Source: Bugula neritina (lineage: Eukaryota > Animalia > Bryozoa). From it: DNA of 64,000 nt. Positions 23,442 through 36,100 of the stretch are shown piece after piece (position 1 is the stretch's first letter; every line of letters starts with the position of its first letter). The notes under the pieces were generated by a model. The model had not been told where the DNA came from, did no database searches, and saw nothing but the letters and a program-made list of their open reading frames with translations. The translations under genes were made by a program, and so were the position numbers. The DNA lies in NCBI GenBank assembly GCA_964035545.1, contig OZ037765.1, forward strand, positions 17,856,995 to 17,920,994, given 5' to 3'.

Positions 23442-26400
23442 GTTGAAGCTCCCCACAGGTTATATGTATCGAGTCGAAAGTAGTGGCTTAACAGCCATTA
23501 CTGCATAGGAAGGAGATAGAGTGCTTAAACATTGCAACAGTAGAATCTTAGTAACAAGCTGTTTGAGCCGGGTTAAGTTATGTGAACAGTATTACGGACT
23601 ATCTGTATGAGCACCCTACCAACAAATTAGCTATAAGAACTTAGGTAAGACTTAATTAGCAATTGCACAAGGTAATGTATATATGTATACGGCAGAAGAG
23701 GCTAATCAGAGAACTATTAAAGCTAATGAATGGCATACAAATTAGAGAGGTGAGTATGCCTAATGATACTTGGAAAGCATCCTACACTCTATTAATTATT
23801 GGCTGTACAGGTGATTATATTTATAGTTTGGAAGGAAAACAATATTAGCTGAGTTTGCACTACATTTTATGCTGTGATGGTTGTTAATACTGTTATTGCA
23901 AATTAGTTGAAGTAACAATGTGCATGATTAGTTATATCTTACACATCCGGTCTTCTTACCTCACAAATATCTTTTCTTAATGTCATCATAGAAATAAAAA
24001 TACTTGGATACTAAATTACTGACATATTCTATTTCATAGAAGACTGTGTATAACTAAAAAGTATAAGTTAATAAGTTGAGTAAAATATAATCACATTACA
24101 GGTGCTAGAAACTAAATCAAAAACAAAAATACATTAGCAGATATTAAAAAAGAGTTCTTCTAAAATATAAATCAGCTAGACTTAAGTTTCGTTTATACTT
24201 CTGCACTTTTATACATATTGCTATTACTCTAATGGTATTTATAACTACAATATGTTACCATAATTAGAGTTGATAATGATGAACTAAAATATAATTTTCT
24301 ATGCAAGGCAAATCTGCCTTTACTTCACACTGTGAAAGCTTTTGCCACCACCTTAAGAAAAAAGTAAGAAATGTAACTTAGAGGTTACGCACATATAAAC
24401 ACTATTTGTATTAGTAACTGTGAGATTTATTTTGAAATGATATTTATACTACAAGTGTGTTATATAATCTACTTACAGATTGCCACAGCTATTTGATGAA
24501 TTTATGATAGCAATTACTGCATGTTGTAAAATGTGATTTTGCAGCTGCATATATGTGTGAAAATACCTCTGACTCAATCTCCTTATACGAGTAGTAGTAA
24601 TGAGCAAGGCTGGCAACTGAATGGATTAGGCAAAGACAATTAGACACATGCAACACTTTTACTGTATTTATGTTATAAATTTTAATATAAAAGCCTTTAT
24701 TTATTCTTCACTTGAATTCAAACTTCTATTGATCTTCTGTCTGTACGAAAAACTCCTTCCAACAACATTTATAATGTATATTGTCTATTATGCATTGCAC
24801 ATTACATGTTATAATATATGATATATTATATACTAGACCTATATATAATTATATATTATAGAGGGCGTTGTATAACCCTCGGATCCCAATGACTATGATG
24901 CACATGCATGTGATACACTAAACTTTTAATAATGTATAATTATACATTGAATAAAACATAGATTTCTAAGAAAATGGGTTTATTGTTTGAAATTGAAGCT
25001 GCTACTAATAGCATACGCCAACTAGATCACCTCAGTCTTGCCTAATCACAACTCAGGTCCCCTAAAACCTGGCTACCAGATACTGATATCAGTATTATAA
25101 TATATATTGTGTTTGTAACACAACATAACAAACACCATACGTTATTTCATATTATACTGATAGTAATAAGTGACTTGATTTCTTTATAATAAAAACATCA
25201 ATACACCCAAACATGGCCCTGAAACTTAAACACAACAGTCTGCATTGTTTTATTTACCACCTGAACATTGATATTAGCTAAGCTAAGGTAAAGAATAATG
25301 AATCCTTAGTTAGGGTATCAACTTCCAAGCAGATATAACATCAGCTTATGACTTTTCCAGCAGTCAACTAAAAGTAGATTGTACTCTACTCCATCATTTG
25401 AGGACATGACTATTTATTTTCTTTTTGTAAAATGACTGACTTTTAGCCGTCTTCTGCGTTATACAATGTAAAATACAAACTGCTTACAAAAGTTTACCAA
25501 AATGTCATTCATTATATTAATGCTCATATCTGATAACTTTGACAAATCTCGCAGCAATCACTTGTGTCATACAAGCACAACGATCAAAATGAAGGTTTGC
25601 AGAAACTCCAAGTTTATTACAAATAAAAAGAAATAAAATATATAGAATAGAGCCTAACTATTTGGTTACAATAAATGGGAAGACAATTCTTCAAAGGAAT
25701 AAAATTTGCATCGGTGTGACAACTCTCTTCCTCAGTATATCATAAAATAATATTTTCTCCTTTAATTGATTGACTTTCCACAATGATTACAGTATATTTT
25801 TAAAAGAAACTTTATCAGTTAGCACAATATTTTAGCAATCCAATTATATGTAGCATTTTTACCATTATATTTTGTCCTTTGCTCCTGCTTGGAAGAAATA
25901 AGGAGTTGCTTTGACTGTAGTATGATTTTAAATAAAATGTTTCTGTTTAACTTAAAGTTTGCCACCTCTTTATGACTCATTTAAATTCTTTTCAACACTC
26001 TATGCTGTCTTTTTAAAGAATATTATTTATTCAACACATAATTTTCCTACGGAGGATACTTGTCCAATAATATGCAATCGTTTTGATGAGTTAAATATGA
26101 AGTAATATCTTGTTGAGACTAAAACTAGGTGCATGCATACTATATAAACCCAATTTCAGTATAGTTAAAATAAAAGTTTGTATATAGATATTTGATCATG
26201 TCTGTGCATTTGTGCTTATCTTCTATACTATCAGCGCTGATAAAAACACACCAAATACATGTACTATATATATCAATGTAGCTTGCTTCGTAATAGTTTA
26301 ATATTAGATTACATGCTTTCTCACTCTTGTTTTAGCTGCTAACTAATAAAGTGACATTCACTATTGTCAAATAAATTAGTTGACAAAATGGTTATCTTTA

Positions 26401-27109
26401 TGTCCGATCGGATCATTAAAAACCAGATTGTTATAAAACTTGCCTTATACAATATTTAAAGCTATTTAAAGAAAACCGACCATTTTTAAGCTTTTCATTG
26501 GTGCACGTCATGACTCTCGGAATTTAAATTTATCTCTGATATCTATAGTTATTCTATAGTTCACCTACTTTGATGGAGTGACTTGTTTTTTCTTCACTTA
26601 TTGGGGTTGTCTCCCAATTTTCTATCTTATCTCTATGCTCAATTGAAGGAACAATGAAAATTAAAATGATAAGTTCAAATCAGTTTACCTGATATTATGC
26701 AACTATTTTGCTTTTTTTTAACACTTTTAAAATCGTAGCAGAAAATTTAATTTATTGAATTAATTCATACAGCATGCATATCATTATATATAATTTTCCT
26801 TAAAAAATAAATATTATTATTTATACATAAGCAATTAAAAATATAATGTCATTACGCGAATATAAATTAATTAATTGGTTTTATTAGCCAATAATTGAGT
26901 AGCATAAATTGTTTTTAGGTTACTATTCTTAGATACCTTACATTTAAGCTAACATATTTTTTCCTGCATGTAACTATTTATTTTAGCCCAATCTGAACAC
27001 ACAACTAAATTGTAACAAAAAGTTGTGCTTAAAATAATAAACTGTATTTTCTTGTATATATTCTGTTTTGTTTATAATGGCTATAATATATTATTTTCTT
27101 TTAATTAAT

Positions 27110-30100
27110 TTAATCATAATCAGGCTCAGGTTCATTAGCTTTGCTTTTCGGTTGAATATACACAGGCTTCGTGGGTTCTCTTTCATAAGTATAAGCAAAG
27201 TTGTCGTAGTCATAGGAAAAGCTTTCATTAGAGCTTTGAGAATATCTCCGATTGTTATCAACTGGCCAGGCCTGTCTTGAACGTAAGAGCTTTTGCTGAT
27301 CATGCTTTTGCAAATTTTCATAATCATAATCAGCTTCTAATTCTTCTGCTCGATTGATCGCATGATTATTAGCAGCAAATTGGAACTGGGTATTGGTTAC
27401 ACTCTGTGGCAGAGAAGATGATGAGTAATCTTCATATGCTGCATTCCGGGAAGCTTGTGAGTCATCAGCTTCCAGTTTACTGTATGGACGAGAAAGTGAA
27501 AACTTATGTTGCTCTCCGTGCTTTCTGCTTTGTAAAACCCAGTTGCTGTTCACATCCGGGTCAGGTTTTATAACCTTTATTGTTGAATAATTACTGGACA
27601 CAGAGCCACTATCAAACGCAGCTTCAGCATTTAATAAAGGCAAGCGACTTTGACTGCTAGCTGGGTGCTGAGTTTCCTGACTATCTATGACTCGCTGAGC
27701 TCCATATGATTCACCCTCACCTGTAAAACCATCATCAATCATATACTCATATAATACATTGGCAGCACCCCATGCAAAAATGTAGTAAAAAACATTGAGT
27801 TGAAATGGCTTGTGATTTCAAAAAAATCACATCATAATAAATAAGATCGGGCCATTCATAAACTAATAGTTATCTGCTCTTCATAAAATATAACTTTATA
27901 TTATACATAATATTATTATAAACAATTTCACAAACAGCATTTCCGAAGGCATTACTGCCAGTGTGACTGAATATTTTGCTTGTAAAGAATCTCTTACCAG
28001 TGAGTACAGAAGGGCCTGATGTTGAACTGGGTGCAGGTTCTTCTCCATGCATTTGAGTCAAAGCTCTGTTAACCCGGTCAAGCAAAAACTGACGATCTGT
28101 CACAGCCTAAAACATAATATTTAACAATACTATACAGGAAAATAATATGAAAAGTGAGCACTATGTTAAGTTATTTTTATACAGTTCAATGAAAAGAACT
28201 TGTTATTATAAATCAAGTAATCAACCCCATTTTATCCTAAGCGATAATAATATAATATATTATATCTTGCTATATTATATTATTTTATATTAAATATTAT
28301 ATTATAATACCTTACATTATATTATATTGCATCACATCACATCACATCACACCACACCACACCACACCACACCACACCACACCACACCACACCACACCAC
28401 ACCACACCACACCACATCACACCACACCACATCACATCACACCACACCACACCACACCACATCACATCACATCATATCATATCATATCATATTATATTAT
28501 ATTATATTATATTATATTGTATAATGTAGATTAGCAATTTTATAGCATTTAGTGTTTTTACTCCAAATATTTATAGCCTATTGTCTCTCCACAATAATAA
28601 TATGCTGCAGTGTGTTACATTGTCAGAATTGGATATTTTCTCCAACTATATAGTTCCTAAGACTTAGATATTATATTGAGGTATACAAGGACTATACAAA
28701 ATAACCGCAAAGATATAATCTTCTATAACAAATTATTAGCCAATTGCTTTCATGTAGGGAGTTATCTGCCTGTTAAAGCCAGGATCCCTTATTGTTTACA
28801 TGTGCATGGCATGTTCTATAACTTGCAGTTTATAGTACAACTACTACCATTGCAACTTACAATATATACATCCTAGAACATTTTGTTAATAATTATGTAT
28901 AGTTTTGATATATAATATAATAATATTATATAATGCTTAGTATGCTGAGTACTCTTAATAGAAGACAAGTCTGTAATATATTGTCTCGTGCTGCTTAATT
29001 AATATGCAAAACTTACAATTTTGTATTGATCAAAAATAGCCTAAATTCGTAAAATGCATTCATATGAATGAAGATTCTAATAAAATGAATTACCAAAGCA
29101 CATGTATGTTATTTGTATAATAGTAGTCTATTAGTGATTGTGAGGCTATACCTGATAATAGATTATGATATATTTGTAGGACTTACCTTTCTATACTGTT
29201 CCATATACAACTTTTCCTTTGCTGATAGGCCATTTGACATAGTAATAAAAAAGTAGCAAAGGACTCTACAAACATTCATAGTACAAAGTGTGCTAATTTT
29301 GAAGCTTTATATATTTCTTATTTAAAAATATTGGTGCTCTGAATTCTGATAATATTTATCACATGCAATTTCTGATCTTAGCATAATATCCTTGCAAACA
29401 TAATACAAGTAATGCTAAAATACAAATAACAATGTTGAAATTTTTGCTTGATAAAACATGATTTTTTTTTCTACTAAACTTTAATACTTGTTACTAAGTT
29501 ACAATATTGAGTGAAACAAGTATTTTTAAAATGCTGCCCATTTCAACAAAAACTGTGCCAAAAGAAATTCAATAAAAAAACTTGTACCTAAACTTATACT
29601 GCAGGCTACTGCAATGAGATTGTTCAGATTCAAGATGATATAAAAAATGTGTTGCATTACCATTAAATTTGATTTTTTTCCATTACAAAAATATAAATAC
29701 AAACTAGAGGGCCCAAGAACACTTTTAGTTTTTATTATCAAAGAGCTTAAAACTATTGATAATTAATATTGTTAGGGTTACACAGCTTATGAATTTTTTT
29801 TCTTTTTTCCTAGCACATACTTCCATAAGTTTACCAAAATAGAGATATTAAGGAATTTGTCAAGCTGTTCTATCCTCGATAGCACTCATTCATTTAGCTG
29901 AAGAACATGCAATTATAGTACTTTTTCTTACACTCCATTTTAAGATTTCAATTTGAATAAATCTTAATAGAAAAATGGTAAAGGAATAACCAAATTTGAT
30001 GTAGATTTTTTATTGCAGGGTGCAAATTAACCCTCATAATTAATTAGTTGCAGCCACAGGTACACATTTCATAAAAATTTGCTTATTTTTCAATAGACTA

Positions 30101-33100
30101 CAACTTCAATAAGAAAAGCACGCTGTAAAATTTAGCTTAACTGGAGAATATAATTTTTGATTTCTTTCTTTCATCGATAGACAGCTTCCCATGATACAAA
30201 TATTTATGCTACAAGAGTTACAAGAATTAGACCTAGAGCCATTCAAACCCTACTTCACAATATTGGTGTAATATATAAGATGATGTATACTTACAGCAGA
30301 GCAACAAAAACAGTCGTTAGTACTGGAATGCTGTTGACGAAGTTTATAAATTGGCCTATGTTTATCTCTTCAAATATTCTGGTGACTGTGTGAGAAATTT
30401 TAAAATCTTCTGTTAGATATACTTGGAAAGGACCACAGCTCTGAGATGGAGGTATGCTAAAATATTATAACAATAGTTTCTTAGTCTGGCTCAGTCTTCT
30501 ATATGTAGCCAGGCATGTTTGGGATGAAAGACTTTTTACAAAAATAATATATGCTTTGAAAGGAAACAACTAATTGAGCTAAAGTCATTGTGACCAAGGT
30601 ACCTGTTGAGAAATGAACAAGTTATAAATTTCTGCAATTAATTTTGATAAAAAGCTATCCATATGATTTGACATTTCCAAATAGAAATGGTGGCCATTGA
30701 ATTCACTAAGAGTATTCTCTCATCTTAGAGAATTGTGTTCTCTGTTGATGGTATAAATTTTGTTTAATGGGGAAAATAAGATGGCTTCCACTATAGATTT
30801 TGCAAAATAATTTCACAAATTGTCAGTTTCATCCTTTGATAAATATTTACTATAGCCACTCTAAGCTATATTATGTTAAAATCAAACATAGTCCAATTAC
30901 ACATTACAAAATTGTATTAACAGCCTATCATAGCTAATTGGCCAAAATTTTAAAGAACTTCAAAAACAAAATATCTTCCACACTATTTAATAAACTTAGG
31001 CAAAGGAAGCTGTATATTATAATACATTATTTTTCAGGTTAAGGCATTAAAAATTCAAACCCCAATCAGGATACTGAAAAAAGCATGACTCTCCAAAACC
31101 ATTTCGTATTGTAGTCTCCCCTTACCAACCTACACTACATTACCAACTTTGGGGTGAGAAAGAAAACACTACAAGGCTGACAGAATTTCTTTTATTCTAC
31201 CAATTACAGCTACTGCAGCTATTTCAGAGCATTAGATTATTTGATAAGTCAGAAATAATATAGAGTTATACGTCATGTTTTACAAGGTTCTGACTGGTCT
31301 ATGTTATAAGAAAGGTTTAGTATGCTTACAACTGCATGAAGACCACAAGGACAATGTAGGCGAGTATCAGTGAGAGCAACATGACCAGCATAAAGAAGGA
31401 ACTGACAGCAGAAGTTGTAGACAGCTGACTTGAAGGTTTCTGGTTGGTAAAAAGTGTCCCCTGCAGTAACAAACCCATACTAATAACTCTCTGGTACAAA
31501 GAATGGCATATAAAATCAACAACTTTGCTTCCTTTTTGCACTGTACTCGTGGAGCTAGACAAAAGATGTTTTGTTTTAAATTTCAAATGTTCACCAACAA
31601 TGCAATATCTATATATAGGACAGTAAAATGCTGCAATTTCAATGAAAGTTTGTGGAAGGTTGGGATACCCGCTTAATCCAGAAAAAGATGAAGAGTTTTG
31701 TAGCAGCCATCAAAGGAAGAAAAGGGGAGAAGAAAACTCCAATCCAGGAAAGGGTCTGAGTGTAGAGAACATCCATCACATTCTTAGGCATATCAAACTC
31801 TTGTTGTCCTATTCGCTTCATCAAACTGGTATTTGAGAACCTTTTATACAGAGCCCTATAATAACAATTACTATAATTACACTGTAATATAGTAATGAGT
31901 GTGCACTAAATATATGGTATTGCACTCACAAGCTCTAACATGAGTTTAAATGGCGCGCATTTGTATTAAATTATTTTTTTACTTTCTCTATAATATACAT
32001 AGTATTACCATTGACTTATGTATAGCCAAATAAAATTATGTAAATAATATATTTATAGGTGTAAAGGGCGCATATCAGTAACAAATAAATTTGTAGTCTT
32101 TATTTTATAGTGCTTATAAAGATCTTTAAAACTATGCTATTAGATTAAGACTGTTACTGGTTTTTGTTTGTAAGTTAAAACTGTTGAAAAGTCACTTTAC
32201 AGGTTGCAGATAGCAAGAAACCTACTGCCGTGGGTATTCCAGTAGGTAGGTGACAAGGAGAAGAATAACAAAGTCCAGTATGATTAGTTTGTAGATCTGC
32301 TGTCCAAGATGAGTTTCCCAGCACTAAAATATATTTCATGGTGATAACATATGATATCTCAGTCACTGCAAACTCTCCTCAACTTTATAAGTTAGCACAA
32401 CAATAGTGGTAAAGTATTAAATAAAAAACGAGACAAAGCAGACATAGGTGAGAATAGGTGAGAATTATATAGCAAATTTAATCGGTTAGTGCAATGTGTT
32501 CTCAATTGTTTTTATATTTGCAGTCAATTATATTTATAGACTATATAAAGTATTATAACATTATTTCCATTTGAATTATACATGTTCTTGCTGTCAAACA
32601 CAATATGTATCTGTGGTAGCATAATGTTATATAAAAGTAAATAATAAAAGGTAAATATTTTTGATAGACCTACATAATATAGGCTAATTTGTGACACATG
32701 CCTTGAGAACATGTTAATGTTACAATAATTTTATGTGTACTGTGTATATAGATAAACATCACTTTAATAAAAACAAAAACCTTTATTTGATCCTTAGAAT
32801 CACTGTTAATACCTTGTTCAGAGTTAAATCTCCTTGAGAAAAAAGAGGGTTGCCACAGTTTGTTACCCCTACGTTTGCTGAACATTCCTCTTTGCTGTTA
32901 CACTTTAACCGATCAAATGTAGTGATCAGAAGAAAAAGTAAAGAAAATAGTCGTAGGCATAAAATTCTGCAACAAAGAATTTTCAATCAGCTGAAAAATG
33001 ATAAGAGAATTAAGCTGCATACATGGTTTAATTTTGCTATGTTTATACCATGTATAATATTATAGTTTTGCTATGATAATTTTTTATAATGAGTCATGTC

Positions 33101-36100
33101 TAAATAATGCATCAGCTAAAATTTAAACAAATTATCACATTTACATTACATATACCAGTTACATGACATTGATCTACTATGAAACTGTTACACAGCTCAG
33201 TAAAGAATAATAACAATTAACTTTTAATGTTGCAAAACTTTTCAACTTGCAAGCTGCAACTTTTTTATATATTATAATATTCAAAAATGTAGCTTACCTT
33301 GCCATGGTTATACTGAGTTCATTTTTCGGCGAATACTTCTCCAATTTGACTACGAGGTAGAAAATGTTTGGAATTATAAGGTAGATGGCAGAAATGATTA
33401 TAGTAGACAAATACTCATTCAGTAACTTTTGACCCGTCTTTAGTGTTTCATCCTCAACCATTATGTCAGCAAGCTAAAGGGAATAATAATAATACTACTA
33501 TATACAAGATTGTTTCAAAACAATGGCTGTATGAAATATGAAGAAAATGAAATTGAAGGCTTTTTAACATTATCCAATTTAGCTAACAACTCCAATTTAA
33601 AGTTTAGTTACCTAAACAGTTTTGCTATAATCTACACATAAATTCAAGTCAAGTTAAAATGGTCATGAAATATATAATTTAGCAACACTCTGGTAAATGT
33701 AGCTCATGTTTATATTCATGGTAAACTAAGGAGTTGTGCTCTATTCTTTTTTGGAATATAATGAAATAGCCTACATTGAGATATATTTGAGATATGGAAT
33801 TTATTTTACAGATGTTGAAAATAAGAGGTACCAGAACTGCATACTTTTAGTAAAAACCTTATCAACAGCTGCTGAAGACGATGGCAAGTGAAGAGCATTA
33901 TAATATATAAAGTTGTACTATGTTGACAAACTATGTATTCGGCAAGAAATATGGTATCCACATTCTATTAAAAGCTGTTTGAGTAGAACACAACTTAAGC
34001 AATATAAATATAGACAGCTGCAGTCAGTCTTTTACTTACAAACTTTTTAGCTCTTGTTTCTGCTATTATTATTGCTGCACCACAGCCGGTAAATATGGCC
34101 AAGACAATGATGTTGACTATAATTCTCACTATCCACAGGCCAACTTTCTGCCGTGTTGTTCTCTGATTAATTTCTGCTTTTCTTACTTTCTGAGTGAGTA
34201 ACTCCTAAATGCATATCAACACAGTATTCATTGTTTAAAACAACAAAGAGGCCACAAGCACAATAATTTGCATTTCACCATTCATAAGCATATTATACCT
34301 ATTTTTGAGAGTTTTGTTAGCTTTCCATAACATGTAATATCAATAAATGATGCTAACCAAGCTGCATCATAATATATCTTGTTATTTTTTTCAAAAATTA
34401 GTAACATATACACGTAATATGCAGTACTCATTTGTTCTTTATAAACAATAGAAATAAAATACCAATAAACCCTGTCTGATCATTGATCTTTTGATTTTGA
34501 CAGACTTCCTTTCAAATATACCAAAATCCCAGCTTGCTAAAACTCCAATACTAAACTCTCTTGCGGCTTCAGAGGTTCCTGAGCGAACTAGTGATCTCTT
34601 CTGGTAGATTGATAAGCTAAAACAATAGCCCATTGCCTTTTTGATAACTTGTAGAAATGTTGTGCTTATAATTTGTATAATATTTTACTGTAACCGTCAT
34701 ATCCTATATTACTTTGATAGATATAAGTTAATTTGAATAAAGCATGATTTTTGCTTAAAATCTAATTTTTTGTTTTTAATAAAAATACTAGTTCTGCAAA
34801 ATAATCATTTGAAAAACTATTTTAGATTCATTGTATAGCAGCTTGATATTTAAAGCTTATTATATGGAGCTGTTATAGATTTGGCTTTCCAATTAATAAA
34901 TCCGGCAATATACTTTGGATCTCTTTTCACTAAAAGTTTAAGTTTTATATAAAACCTATGATACCTTTTGCTAAATCTGATGATAAATGAGACAGAAAGT
35001 GAAATATACCTGCAAAAGTCTTACCTTCGCAATATAACGATGACGCTGATAAAGAGACTGGTAAACGTAACCAATATAAATGCCACACCCATGTCATAGG
35101 TAAAACTCTGTGTATACATTCTCGGGGAATATTGTCCATAAAACAAAGGAGTATTTGCCATGAAACCCTACAAAAAAATTGTTGTACAAATTTAACCCTA
35201 GAACAGGGTTAAAAAACCTAATGGCTATACCTAGTGTGCTAAAACAATATTAAGACCGCTGCAACACATAAAATAGATCTTAACTTTTCCCTTATTGATA
35301 AAAAATGATTAGGCACAGACCCTCTCTGAAGTCCCAAGCTTTACCATTAAAATTAATTTTATATTTTTTCAAAGTGTGTGCTTATCAAAATAATTTTGCA
35401 CATAAAAATCTCACGCAAGTGAGAAACCCCTGATGGAAAGGGTTTTTTAGTTAAATCAGGTTACGGACTTATTCAGATAGGGCACAGGAGCAACAATGAC
35501 TGGATGCTCTTGCTAACATTACCAATGGCCTTTACCGGAGTTTGAACCCATGACTTCATGTTTACTAAGCCAAACACTCTAACCCCTAGACTCTAGGCTG
35601 CTCCCTACTGAGAATAGGAAATAGTGTACATTAACATATACATCTCTCAGCAGCATGTATTCACAATGCAAAAAGAAGACTAAACTTACATCTCCTTGTA
35701 TAAAATCCAAAACATTGTCTAGTAAAAACTCTGGGCCCTTTATATTGTCCTGGATCAATTTTCTGTACTGTCTAGAGCAATTCTGAGCCATCATTTCGAA
35801 TAAAACATTTCCATCTAAAAATTCCTTCTTGGATAAATATACAGGCATTTGCAAGCAGGCAAAATATATTTATGTGAAAAGACAGTAAAGTATAACCTAG
35901 GAGTTAACAAGTTATTTTACCTTGGGTTAAAGGAGCATTGTTCAAACTAACTGGCTCCTCTTTCATAAGATAATATGGAAGGATTATGGGCAATGTTAAC
36001 AATGACAGAAATATATTAAGTATGACCAGCCATTTCACAAAAGAGAAATACTCCATGATGGCGGATCCAAATCTTCCTACAAAATATATAATTTAAAGGC

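Noticed and set aside
28327-28524. HHTTP-repeat ORF
   Set aside because: It is a pentanucleotide microsatellite within a TMC intron.
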